A DNA stretch of 64,000 nucleotides from Vicugna vicugna. Taxonomy: Eukaryota. Location of the stretch: NCBI GenBank assembly GCA_013265495.1, contig MU061579.1, forward strand, positions 296,872 to 360,871, in the 5' to 3' direction. The notes below the pieces were generated by a model. That model saw only the letters and a program-made list of their open reading frames with translations. It was not told the origin of the DNA and made no database searches. A program made the translations under genes and the position numbers. Below are positions 1 through 11,682 of the stretch, piece by piece; the first letter of the stretch is position 1, and the number at the start of each line of letters is the position of its first letter.

Positions 1-18
1 AAAAAAAAAAAAAAAAAA
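1..18 (+). repeat. poly(A) run, possibly the tail of a retroelement outside the window
   Basis: 18 consecutive A. Confidence 0.7.
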
Positions 19-126
19 TCCTGGGATGTCTCCTGTGCTTCATCAGCACAGTGCAGTGGTTTCCTCTAAGAAACCTGCAGGTTCATTTCACAAGATTCCC
101 ATAGCTCCCTCAGCCCTGCCACTTAC

Positions 127-326
127 TCTGACTCATTAATCTTTGCCGAGGCTGGAACCATACCAGTTTTCCACTTGGAATTCTCAATACTTTCTTGGAA
201 AATCTCAGCAGAACAGATTAAGGAGTCGCATTGATTGTCCTCACCATAGAACTGCACCCCAATTTGCTTTCTCCAATCTCTTGATTTTGCCTTTAGCCTG
301 AAAAATAATCCTTTCTTTCTTTTCAT
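127..326 (-). CDS. Putative first coding exon segment (MKRKKGLFFRLKAKSRDWRK...KINES, phase-2 donor) of an unidentified gene continuing left of the window
   Basis: ATG at 326-324 with A at -3; open frame to GA|GTAAGT donor at 126-121; lies in an exon opened by a long polypyrimidine tract + CTGCAG acceptor at 487. Protein not recognised; could be a non-coding exon. Confidence 0.4.
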
Positions 327-486
327 GTTTCTTTGTGTCTTCTTCCTCTAGGGATCCTAGACTGATTGCTTCAGGGGATTTTGGTTATAGGAAACAAAGG
401 CCAAGTAAGGGGGGTGTCATGCAGACAATTGCTTTTTCTTCCTCCCAAAAATGCCTCTTAAGAAAGGACAGCTCAGAGCCTGTTAT
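127..486 (-). other. Candidate spliced exon (360 nt)
   Basis: Minus strand ttctcctctcctttcttcttttctgcag|ATAAC at 487/486 and TCAGA|gtaagt at 127/126; not repeat-like. Confidence 0.55.
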
Positions 487-760
487 CTGCAGAAAAGAAG
501 AAAGGAGAGGAGAAATTACAAAGAGAAAGCGATAAATTGATGTCGCAAACATTTCATAAGGACACAAAGTATTTGATTTCCAAACTGTTTTGGTAGCATT
601 TGCTAAAATCTTTTCAAAAGTCCAATCCAGTGAAGAAACTTCTTGAAGACTGCAGTGCCTCGCAAAGCCTTACACCTGCTCTGCATTGTGAGCAAGACCC
701 ACAGAATCAGCTTCCAGCAGAAAGTTAGAATATGCTCGATAACAATTCTGAGAATTCACA

Positions 761-812
761 TGTGTGTGAGTCTATCTGTGTATGAGTGTGTACGAGAGAG
801 ACAGACAGACGG
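761..812. repeat. Compound (TG)n/(GA)n/(GACA)n microsatellite
   Basis: Seen directly. Confidence 0.8.
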
Positions 813-909
813 ACACCTAAAAGCATTGTTCATAAAACAATATGCTGTAGTTCACATTGTCTTTTCTCAGATACTGCACTGCTCTAGTCTCATTTCAGCC
901 CTTGTGAGA

Positions 910-1020
910 AAATATTTTAACTGTAATCTCCATTTAAAAAACTAGATTTAGGGAAGTTAGGTGACTTGCCAAAAATATGAAGTTAATTCAACAGAGATAG
1001 GATTTGAAATCAAGTTTTCC
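910..1020 (-). mobile_element. MIR SINE fragment
   Basis: gaagttaggtgacttgccaaa...ggatttgaaatc resembles reverse MIR core. Confidence 0.6.
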
Positions 1021-1699
1021 TCTTTAAAATCTCTTAATGTGCTAGTGTTATCAACAATACTGGATTCACATTCTGCCTAGACAGTTTACACACAAGATGT
1101 ATATTTCTCTTCTATAAAATGCGGATAATCTGGTAACCACCATGCTTACTGCTCCTAAGGGAACCATGCCCCCATATGCAAATAGGTAAACCTATTTGAT
1201 TTTCTTAACATGACTAATTCTTCTGCTCTCCCGGAAGATAATATAAGTATTTCCAAATCACTGTGATGGTGTATATCATTTAAAAATTAACATGTTTTGT
1301 CTGTGAGGTGCAATTCCAGATTTAATGAATAACTTAACTTCAGGTAAGACAAACTGTAAAGAACTTTCTAAAAGAAATGATTTACTCTGTTGGTGGTGTT
1401 AATTTTTTTTTTCTGCCAAATACTTGTTTTGAGCAATTTTTGATCAGTAACCAAGAACTACAACTGTCGAGGGAAAAACTATACAGGTTACGAGACACCT
1501 AGTGAAGCGGAGTTGACAGTAGTAGGGCAGATTTCTTCCATGTGCTTCCCCAGATCTGCTCGTCTCCCTCTCCCTTGTCTTTGCTCTGAGAACCTGTCCC
1601 AAGTGAACTACATAACTGGGACACCTCAGCTTTCAGGACTGGTTTTGTTGGGTTGGTGTTCAGGGTTTCCATTGGAGAAGGGAGAAAGAAGAGTGAGGC

Positions 1700-2005
1700 C
1701 AAGATCCTTATTCAACTTGCTGCCTCTCAGTGAGAGCGACTTAAATTTTCTATGTCCCTAAAAAAGCAGCCTGTCTGTAAGATTCTTCCTCTTTTTGGCA
1801 TTTGGAAGCCTCTCTTTCCCTCATCCCTTCGGCCTAGACTGATAACAGTCTTGCAACTTTGTAGTCAAGAATCTTACACTGTCTCTTTCTTTCATGTTCT
1901 ATAACCATCAACACATTTGTAATTAATTTCTTTGTAAATAAACTTTCTCCAAATTACCTTAATTTGAGTGTACATCTGTTTCTTATTTGGACCCTGATTG
2001 ATACA
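1700..2005 (+). mobile_element. LTR33-like ERVL LTR (3' part)
   Basis: Ends tgtaaataaactttctccaaattaccttaatttgagtgtacatctgtttc...gaccctgattgataca, like LTR33 3' end; left boundary uncertain. Confidence 0.65.
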
Positions 2006-2534
2006 AATTATTATATAAGCTCCCAGAAATTTGCTTAATAAAAGTTTTATATTTTTTTCTGCACAAATAGTAGCATCCTCTGCACAATCGTGTTTTTTTT
2101 TAAATTAATAACGTATCTTGTGGATTTTTTCCATGTTAGCGTAATGAAGATTTACTGTGTTAAAGTAAGTTTTAAACAGTGTAAAATTTGGAAGGCTATG
2201 AAATGAAAAGTAAGTATTGTTTATAATGGAAATGTTTATCGTGACCAAAAGAGTTTAATACACAATCATTTGTTTTCAAATTTCTCACAACTTCAGAATC
2301 TATTGAATGAGAATTTAATGTCACCACAAGATTAAAAATTATTCACCTTCCAGAGGAGAAAGTCATTCTTTTCTTTCAATCCCATGTGTCACTGATTTTC
2401 TTTAAAGTAAATCCTTTAGTAACTACCTAATAAAACAGAACATGTTTACCACCTTAGGAAAGAGTGTGTATCACGTAAAAGTGAAAAATATCAAGGAGCA
2501 GCATGATTGTAGGTGGGCCTTATTACCACTGGCA

Positions 2535-2620
2535 TGAGGGTTGAACTGTATCAAATCAATACATTATAACCCTTAAACTTATATAACATTATATGTCAAT
2601 TATATCACAGTTAAAAAATG
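2535..2620 (+). mobile_element. Old L1M 3' terminal fragment
   Basis: ccttaaacttatataacattatatgtcaattatatc resembles L1MA/MB 3' end. Confidence 0.6.
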
Positions 2621-2763
2621 ATAATTTTTAAAACTAGCTTATATTGGAGTCTACAAAACCACTGCTGATATCACTGGTTATAGGTCTTTTCTATATATTA
2701 GTGTATCCTTTGAACAGATAGAGAGCATTTGTCAGGGGTGGAGAGGAAGTGAGGCCATCTTTT

Positions 2764-4469
2764 TTTTTTTTATTGAAGTATAATCAGTTTACAATGTTGT
2801 GTCAACTTCTGGTGTACAGCACATTGCTGCAGTCATACATGTACATACATATATCCATTTTCATATTCTTTTTCACCATGAGCAACTATAAGATATCAAA
2901 AATAATTCCCTGTGCTATACATTGTAAACTTGTTTATCTATTTTATATATACCATCAGTATCTGCAAATCTTGAACTCACAGTTTATCCCTTCTCACCCT
3001 CTTCCCCTCTGGTAACCGTAAGTTTGCTTTCTATGTCTGTGAGTCTATTTCTGTTTTACATATAAGTTCATTTGCCTTTTTTTTTTTAGATCCCATATAT
3101 GAGTGATATAGTATTTTTCTTCCTTCTTCTGGCTTTCTTCACTTAGAATGACGTCCTCCAGGGCCATCCATGTTGCTGCAAATGATATTATTTTGTTGCT
3201 TTTTATGGCTGAGTAGTATTCCATTGTGTGTGTCTGTGTGTGTGTGTGTACCACAACTTCTTTATCCAGTCATCTGTTGGTGGACATTTAGGCTGTTTCC
3301 ATGTCTTGGCTATTGTAAATAGTGCTGCTATGAACAGTGGGGTGCAGGTGTCTTTTTGAATTAGGGTTCCCTCTAGATATATGCCTAGGAGTGGGATTGT
3401 TGGATCATATGGTAAATATATTTTTAGTTTTTTGTGGAATCTCTGTACTGTTCTCCACAATGGCTGTACCAAACTGCATTCCCACCAGCAGTGTAGGAGG
3501 GTTCCCTTTTCTCCTCAGCCTCTCCAGCATTTGTCATTTGTGAACTTTTGAATGATGGCCATTCTGATTGATGTGAGGTGATAACCTCATTGTAGTTTTG
3601 ATTTGCATTTCTCTTAATATTAGCGCTATTGAGCATTATTTCATGTGCCTATTGGCCATTTGTATGTCTTCATTGGAGAATTGCTTGTTTAGGTCTTCTG
3701 CCCAGTTTTGGATTGGGTTGTTTGTTTTTTTCTTATTAAGTCATATGAGCTGTTTATATATTCTGGAAATCAAGCCCTTGTCAGTCTCATCTTGTGCAAA
3801 TATTTTCTCCAATTCTGTAGGTTGTCGTTTTGCTTCGCTTATGGTTTCCTTTGCTGTGAAAAAGCTTGTGAGTTTAATTTAGTCCCAATTGTTTATTTTT
3901 GCTTTTATTTCTGTTGCTTGGGTAGACTGCCCTAAGAGAACATTGCTGAGATGTATGTGAGATAATGTTTAGCCTGTGTTTTCTTCTAGGAGATTTATTG
4001 TGACTTGTCTTATGTTTACTTCTTTAAGCCATTTTGAGTTTATTTTTGTGTATAATGTGAAGGGAGTATTCTAACTTCACTAATTTACATGCAGCCATCC
4101 AGTTTTCCCAACACCATTTGCTGAAGAGACTGTCTTTACTCCATTGTATGTTCTTGCCTCCTTTATCAAAGATTAGTTGACCAAAAGTTTGTGGGTTCAT
4201 TTCTGGGCTCTTTTTCTGTTCCATTAATCTTTACATCTGTTTTTGTAACAATACCATGCTGTTTTGATTACTGTAGCTCTGTAGTATCGTCTGAAGTGTG
4301 GGAGGCTTATTCCTCCAGCTTCATTCTTTTTCTTCAGTAATGCTTTGCCAATTCTGGGTCTTTTGTGATTCCATATAAATTTTAATGTGATTTGTTCTAG
4401 TTCTGTGAAAAATGTCCTGGGTACTTTGATAGAGGTTGCATTAAGCCTGTAGATTGCCTTGGGCAGTAA
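2764..4469 (-). mobile_element. 5'-truncated lineage-specific L1 (ORF2 C-terminus + 3'UTR + polyA), frameshifted
   Basis: ORF2 peptides [10 protein letters not shown]...FFTELE...[46 protein letters not shown]...TIAKTWKQPKCP; poly-T at 2760-2771; 12-bp TSD aggccatctttt at 2752-2763 and 4470-4481. Confidence 0.97.
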
Positions 4470-5549
4470 AGGCCATCTTTTGACTCTGAGAATATTAGCA
4501 GGGTGCGTGTGTCCTTTGTTCAACTTTCAAGCATCTGCAATAACCATCTTCTTTTGGTAGCTACCAACACTTATGTTAGTCAGCTTCATGGGAACGTTGA
4601 ATAAGCCTACACACATTTCCAATCTCTTGGCATCTTCTTAATTCCCACTGATATATTTATTATCAGAATGTTCTAATAAAATCCTTGGAATGCCTCCCCA
4701 ATGATACAAATATTCTGGAAAAGTATTAAATAGCATTAACAAAAGAAAAAAAAAGAACTGTATTGAAATCTAAAGGGAATCACATAATTCTGAGAAAAAT
4801 TCTATTTTCACAAAAAATAAAACCATATGGCCAAGTGAGAATCACTTTCCATATTTACATCATCTTCTTATTAAATGTTCCGTATGCTATTGTCTGGGAG
4901 ACTGGAACCACATTGTGTTTAAACAGATTCAATCTATTCATTTATTAAAAATGACAAAACAAGACAATTGTTTACTTCCAAAAAAGCATACCATTTCATT
5001 TATGGTACTCCTTTTCTCTGTGGATTCCATCAGTTTTGGGCTAAGAAGTGAGTTTTCTCTGCCCTGGAGGACTCCGCTTTCTTTTGGTTGGCAATGATCC
5101 TTGTCTCAGAGTTTATTTCAGCACTAAGATTCAAGAGTCTTATGGAACCTGTCTCTGTGTTTATGTTGTTCCTTTTAGCATTTTAAAGCTACATGAGTCT
5201 TTTTAAGCCAAAGAAGAATGGGCATTCTCTGTGAATCTCAGTCTTAAATTATACTATTGCAAAAAACACTGTGATTTCCTACAGAAGCACATTAAAACAC
5301 TGGATGGGGTTCTCACTAGACTTGGAATTAAATAAGTAATTGAAATGACCATAACGTATTATAAAACAAATAACTTAACAATCACAGACCTATGTAACTA
5401 CTGAACAAATTTAAGGTATCTTTAAGATAAAAATGGGCATTGGTATAATGTGCACATTAATTCTACTAGCGATCCCAATGTATTTCAGTGTTCACACATG
5501 GTAAATAAAGTACAGAGTCATACTGTATCTTAAATCTGACCTAACTTTA

Positions 5550-6630
5550 TGATAGCAGGGTAGGCATAATAATGCTTCCCCAATGAAACGTTCCTATCCC
5601 CTAAACTCTGTAGTCTGTGAGTGTGTTGTATATTCATATTCAGATATCATTAAGGTTACTGACGTTGAGATGGAGAAATTATCCTGGTTTACCCAGGTGG
5701 ACCCAAAGTAGTCACGTGGACCCTTAAAAATAGAAAAGAGTTGCAGAAGAAATGAGTCACAGATGCAGCAGAAAAGGAAGACAGAAGAAAGATTTTAAGT
5801 ATGAGAAGAACTGGGCCTCCTTGGCTGACTTTGAAAGTGGAGGAGAGGGGCCACTGAAAATCTGATAAAAGACTTCCAGCAGACAGCCAACAGAGAAACA
5901 TGGACCTCATTCTTACAGCTACGTGGACCAGAATTTGCCAACAACTTGAATGTCCTTGGAAACTGATGCTCCCCAAGAGGCTCCAGAAAGGAAGCAAGCC
6001 CTGCAGACACCTTGATTTCAACTTCATAACAGAGCTGACTCCGTATGGAATCTGTTTCTTGAGCTCTAACCTTTGTTCTCTGTTGCCTGTGCCTAGTCAT
6101 GCTGGGTCTGTACCTTTTATAAAAGCATGTTGCCTAGAGCCTGAAATATGCAGGAGAGCCCATTCTCAAGGCCCTGACCTTTAAAGGGATAACACTTTTC
6201 CATTCATATAGAGATAAAAAGTTGCAGAACAGAGAATAACATATGTCTTGTTGGAGGTTTATAGGAACATTGTGACCAGACCTACATGGACAGATGCAAG
6301 AACAATGGATTCCTGCACCAAGAGGCTTGCAACAACCAGCCAAACCCCCACCCCTTTTAGTATAAAAAGAGCCTGAATTCTGACTCTCGTAAGAATGTTC
6401 TTTGGGACACTGGACTACCATAGTCTGCTGGCTTTCTGAATAAAGTCGCTATTCCTTGCTCCAACACCTCCTATCTCAATTTATTGGCCTGCTGTGCAGC
6501 AAGTAGTTTGAACTTGGACTAAGTAACACTGAGGCAGACAAGCCAAGTCCACCTGTGAGCTAATAATTGATGTTGCTTAAGCCAGTGAGTTGGTGGTAAT
6601 TTGTTAAGGTAGCAAAAGAGAACTAATACA
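5550..6630 (+). mobile_element. MLT1D/E-type MaLR LTR, split by the LTR at 6025-6528
   Basis: gtaggcataataatgc start, gagatggagaaattatcctgg, ggaagcaagccctgcagacaccttgatttca; resumes to ...tttgttaaggtagcaaaagagaactaataca. Confidence 0.85.
6025..6528 (+). mobile_element. ERV1-class solo LTR
   Basis: TATAAAAA 6361-6368, AATAAA 6439-6444, terminal gaacttggactaagtaaca; interrupts the MLT1. Confidence 0.8.
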
Positions 6631-7210
6631 GTTCACAAGCTTTATTTGTGATAATTGTGATGGTCCAGATTCTTTCAAAGGATCTGATCAATGGTATTTT
6701 AAATTTTATTTTATTTTTATAATTAGATCTATCTTCTTCAATAGGCAGAAGGAGGCCGTGAAATAAGGTGTATCACTACCCAATTAAGGCAAAGTGCATT
6801 AAGATAGTTGAGTGGTCTTCCAAACTACATATTATAACTTTCTTTAGTTCATCTATATGGTTTCCTAAGGAGTCAAGATATTAGTACGATCTAGCCCTTT
6901 TGCCCCTGTTGTTCGTTTTAGAATGAATGACAGTGTAACAAATTTTGGCCAAGTCAATGCCCTGTGCCATTGACCATGTTTCTTGATTATGGGATGGAGA
7001 TCTGCTTAAAGGTAGAAAAAATAAGGAAACTGATATACAGAGAAACAACAAAGACAGAAATGGAGAAAGCATAAGGCATTTGAGTTTATGGTCCGGTATG
7101 CCACAGGTGCTTTTCCAAACCTGATATGGGATAATAAATTAATTCTTTCCTAAGGTAGACAGAAATGTGTTTCAGTCATTTACAAGTGAAAAGAATCAGG
7201 GTGGAATACT

Positions 7211-7692
7211 GTGTTTGGTTTTGGTTGGGGCTATTACAGATTATTGCAAACAGTGGCATAAAACAACTCAGATTTATTCTGCTACAGCTCATTTGGTCAG
7301 AAGTCTGACAAAGTTCTCACTTAGCTAAAATCAGGGTCCAGCAGGGCTATGTCCTTTTCTGGATGCTCTCAGGAAGAATATATTTTCATGTCTTTTCCAG
7401 CTACTGGAGAACATCCTCATTTCTTAGCTTATGGCCTCTTTCCTCTGTCTTCAAAAGCCAGCAACATCCCCTCTCTCTGAATTTCTTCCATGGTCACAAC
7501 TCCTTCTGACTCTTCTTCTGCTTCCCTCTTTCACTTTAAAAGACCCCTGTAATTACAATGGGCCCACCAAAATAATCCAGAATAATCTCTATTTTAGGGT
7601 CAACCACGTAGTAATTTAATACCAATTGTGATGTTAATTCCCCTTTTGCCATGTAACCTAACATATCACATGTTCTGGGGATTAGGACATGG
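7211..7692 (-). mobile_element. MLT1D-like MaLR LTR
   Basis: ggtcagaagtctgaca...gctaaaatcagggt...gggcccaccaaaataatccagaataatctc...ggattaggacatggac. Confidence 0.85.
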
Positions 7693-7799
7693 ACGTCATA
7701 TAGACATTGCTATGTCTACCAATGCACTAAGGGTTCATAGAGTAATGGTCATGAGAATTGACATTGATGCACAGAAAAATGGAACTCATATCCTGTATC

Positions 7800-7980
7800 T
7801 TCCTTGTTGTATGGCCTTGGGCCTGTATTAAGGTGTTCGGAGCCTCAATTTTCCCAACTGTAACCAACTATAAAATAGAGGCGACAATGGTTACTTCACA
7901 GGAGAGCTTTCAAAATTAAATTTGTGAAGTAGTCAGAACAATGCTAATACAATAGTAATATGATAAGTGTTAATTATCAT
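7800..7980 (+). mobile_element. MIR fragment
   Basis: ggccttgggc...gagcctcaattttcccaactgtaa. Confidence 0.55.
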
Positions 7981-8198
7981 GTGTTGATTAAGAAAGGAAA
8001 ATTTCACCAGAATCCAGAGGAAGGGAAGACAGTGGCATAATGAGGGATAGAAACAATGATTCTCCTGAGTCCTTGGTTTATGTAGCGTTAAAGACAAGGA
8101 TACCTGTTAGGTGTGAGCTCTCCTAGGCCTAGTGACTTCTGTGGTAAGTTAGGTTGTCCCAGATGGATATTGAAAAAAAAAAAGAACACTATTAGTAG

Positions 8199-8737
8199 TG
8201 ATAGAGGAAAATGGGACACAGAGGATGATCGCGTTCCAGGTCTCAGCCTAGTCTCTGGGACGCACTCTGCAAAGTGAAGGTCCTTAGCTTCGCACAGGAA
8301 AGAATTCAAGAGTGAACCATAGTTGAGTGGAAGGAGATTTATTCAGAGACCCATACTTCATAAACAGAGTGCAGGCCGTCTCAGAAGGCTGAGCGCCCCC
8401 AGGGTATAGAGCGTGGGAGGTGTTTAAAATAGAGGCACACTCCAAAGACATAGCGTGATCCTTCTGCAAAAGCAAGAAAGAGACCACGAGGTGCAGGGTT
8501 GTGGTTAGTTTTTATGGGTTCTGTAACATCATATGCTAACAGGTGGGAGGATTATTTCAACTACTTTGGGAAATTTTGTCAGCCTCAGAACTGTCACGGG
8601 GCCTGTGGGAGTGCCATTTCCCATGCTAATGTATTAAAGTGAGTGTATAATGAAGCTCACGGTCTACTGGGAGTCGAGTCTTCAGTTGCTGTGTCATTCC
8701 TTTAATGGCTGTGCCTGTCCCCTTCCCTCCTGTCTCA
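8199..8737 (-). mobile_element. ERV1-class solo LTR (TGAGACAGG start, MER4/MER51-group-like)
   Basis: TG...CA termini; minus-strand AATAAA at 8343-8338; near-TSD gtag/gaag. Confidence 0.8.
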
Positions 8738-8744
8738 GAAGAAG

Positions 8745-9780
8745 TAAAAGTTGATTTAAAAGATACTTAGTAGTATCTAGTAAAGTTGGAAAAAGCACAT
8801 ACCTTATCTGTTTGTTTGCTGAGGCTGCCATAACGAAGCATCACATCCTAGTGGCTTAAATAGAAAGCTGTTGGCTCACAGTTCTCTGTTCCATGCCTCT
8901 TCCCCAACTTCTGGTGGTTTGCTGGCAATTTTTGTTGTTCCTAGACTTATAAAAGCATCACCCTTATCTCTGCCTTTATCTCTCCATGATGTTATCCCTG
9001 TGTGCCTGTGTCTGTATCTAAATTTCCTGCTTTTATAAGGACATCAGTCATTTGGATTAGGGTCCACCCTACTAATATCATCTTAATTTTATTTCTCTCT
9101 GAAGACCCTATTTTCAAATAAGGTCACATTCTAAGGTACACTTAGGTTTGGGAATTAAACATAAAATTTTGGAGGGACATGATTAAACCCATTAACACCT
9201 TATGCGAGAAATTCTCTTTTCGGACTGTATTGGGAAAAGTATTGCATATTTATAACAGAACATATGCACAATAATATTCATTGCTACATTGCTTTTCATA
9301 GTAAACTACTGAGGAAAAATATCCATCAATATGGTAATAGATACTTATTTTTAAATCTATTTGCACTATATACATGGCTTTCAAAATTATCAAGTTTTTA
9401 TGTTCCAAGGCGGTTAGATTGCAGAAACAATGTTAAGTGGAAAAAGCAAGTTGCATTAAGAAAGCTTAGAAGTAATTTTTAAAAGCGTATGAAGAAATGA
9501 CATGCATTGTTTATGCAAGCATAAAGATTATTTTTTAATTGATGAAAAAATAAACAAAAAAATTTAGGAAAAAAAGCTGAGTCTAGATGGAGGGCAAGTG
9601 AACTGGTGAGAGAAACAAAGACCTCTCTTTTACCTGTAATACCTTATTTCTTTGTTTAAAAAAAGTCTAAACTAGTAAACATATGTATTGATAATGCTAA
9701 TATAATCATATGGTATCTAAATTGTTACATTATTTACTTACTTTTCTGAATGTTTTAACCTAAGAGAGTTTTATAGGAGA
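8745..9780 (+). mobile_element. Old L1ME 3' region, interrupted by MLT1C
   Basis: tagtatctagtaaagttggaaaaagcacatacctta...atattcattgctacattg...atccatcaatatgg. Confidence 0.55.
8809..9197 (-). mobile_element. MLT1C-like MaLR LTR with internal deletion
   Basis: gaggctgccataac...cttctggtggtttgctggcaat...ttttataaggacatcagtcat...aaataaggtcacattct; flanked by ccttat repeats. Confidence 0.85.
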
Positions 9781-10479
9781 AGAAAAAAATTACAATGATA
9801 ACTCCAAACTTGGAATTATTAGGTTAATGTTTCTCAGTGGACATGGGACCCATGGATAAACCATAGCAAATGAGTAGGCTCTTAATACCATCATTTCTGT
9901 CTTAAAGCAACCAGATGTTTATGAAATACTGGGTAGACACATTTACATTTTATTTTGCATAAATATACATATAGATTTGCTTAATTTGCATACTTCTTTG
10001 AAGGTGTTTAACATCAAGTATGTAAGGTAAAATAAAATGCTACAACTTGGTAACAACTGAATTAAAAGTTCAATTTTCAAATCCAAAATTAAAATAGAAT
10101 TTTAGAAGAAGCCCATCACAATCGTGTTTTGAAAGATGATGTGGAAATATTTCTCTCCTGGAGTTCAGAACTAGGGGGAAGAAAAGGGATGAACAGATTA
10201 TTTGGGGGAAGTTGGGAGGAAGCACAGTGTAGTGGCTGCACACAAGGTGTTAGAACTGGTGCTAACCCACCAGTTTTCCCATCTATAAAAAAAAGGCTAA
10301 TAAAGATGTATACATCTTAACGCTATAGACAGTCCTATAGAAACAGTTTGTGTTAAGACCCTGGCACAACGTAACTCTTTTGAAAAAAATAAATCAAATG
10401 TTGAAGTATTCATTTGTTATTCTGAGAAACCAGTGCATCATTTTCTGGACTGTGACATGGAACTGACTAATGAATACTT

Positions 10480-10880
10480 TGGAGATGGTCAAATAAAAAG
10501 AAACCTGGATGTAGATAAAGAGAGATTTTACTCAAATTAGATGATTGCAATAGGGAGAACACTCCCAGGGTAAGGTGTACGTGTATCGCAAAGGTTAGAC
10601 AAAGAGGACTCTTGTCCAGGAAGGAGTAAGTTAGGAGATAAAGAAATGTGGGGGACTGGGATGAACAGAGGGCATGATACGAATGTTGATCCAGTCATGA
10701 TTTTTCCCCAAGGGCAGTCAATTCTCAGGAGACCCCAGTAGGCAGGGCTGTTCCCAATTCCAATATTTTCTTAACTTCAAGGGTGAACCAAGGTCTAAGG
10801 ACCTGTAGGGAGGAAAGAAGACTGACTAAGATTTGGCCAAGTTAAGTTAGAGGATATTTTGTCTAGATTGGTTAGGTCAG
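10480..10880 (-). mobile_element. MER67/MER31-group ERV1 LTR
   Basis: Reverse strand cttaacttggccaaatcttagtcag resembles MER31/MER67 5' region. Confidence 0.55.
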
Positions 10881-11592
10881 ATAAAAGCGAAGGACTGAAA
10901 TTAAAAAAAAAAAAAAAAACCCTAGCAGAAGCTGATTAATGCAAATGTGAGTGTAATTAATTACAATTTGGAAAGTGTTTTTCCTAAAAAAAATCAATTT
11001 ATATGTGCCCTTCTTAAAAGCAAACAAAATGTAATTAACAGATATTTTCTCATTAGCAAGTAGCACTGGGTTTATATTCCATTAAAGGTGTTAAAATGAA
11101 AAGAAAAATGAAGGTAACTTTGTTCTTAAATGTTGGTTCCAGATTATTGGCTCAACATTTATTACAGTGATTTTAGTCGAGACTTAATAGAGATGCACTG
11201 TGATTATTTCATGCCACCTCATCCCATTTAAAATCTGACTCTCTTTCTATGTTAGACCTTTGTGTCTGATTCCCAGGTCTACCATTGGCATGCTTTATCT
11301 TGTAAACTATATGATATCATCCTTTTGGAATTGCATTTTTATAGATGGCAGAAAGGAGAAAGAAAGTTGGCTTTGGAAAATGTAAGCCTTTGTTTAAACA
11401 TGGAGAAATTTAGTTCAGAAAGTAGTGAATGCTAGAAGAGTTATAGAGGCATAATTAAGGTAGATGGAGCTAAATGAATTTGTTTGGAGATGGTATCCTC
11501 TCTTTCCCTCTCATGCATGAACTCATAATATTTAACTCAGAGACTGTATTTCATTTTGCTCCGAAGTTTTACTTTCACGAAAAATAGTTTTA

Positions 11593-11682
11593 CCAATATA
11601 TATATACATATATGTGTATGTATGACTGGGACATTATGCAGTACACCAGAGATTGACATTGTAACTGACTATACTTCAGTAG
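11593..11682 (+). mobile_element. Very short L1 3'-end insertion (about 90 bp)
   Basis: tatgactgggacattatgcagtacaccagagattgacattgtaactgactatacttca; 12-bp TSD aaaatagtttta at 11581-11592 and 11683-11694. Confidence 0.85.

Noticed and set aside
1330..1350. Plus-strand cttcag|gtaaga donor
   Set aside because: No convincing matching acceptor or ORF; isolated motif
5689..6421. ORFs of 94-112 aa
   Set aside because: Entirely within MLT1 and ERV1 LTR sequence
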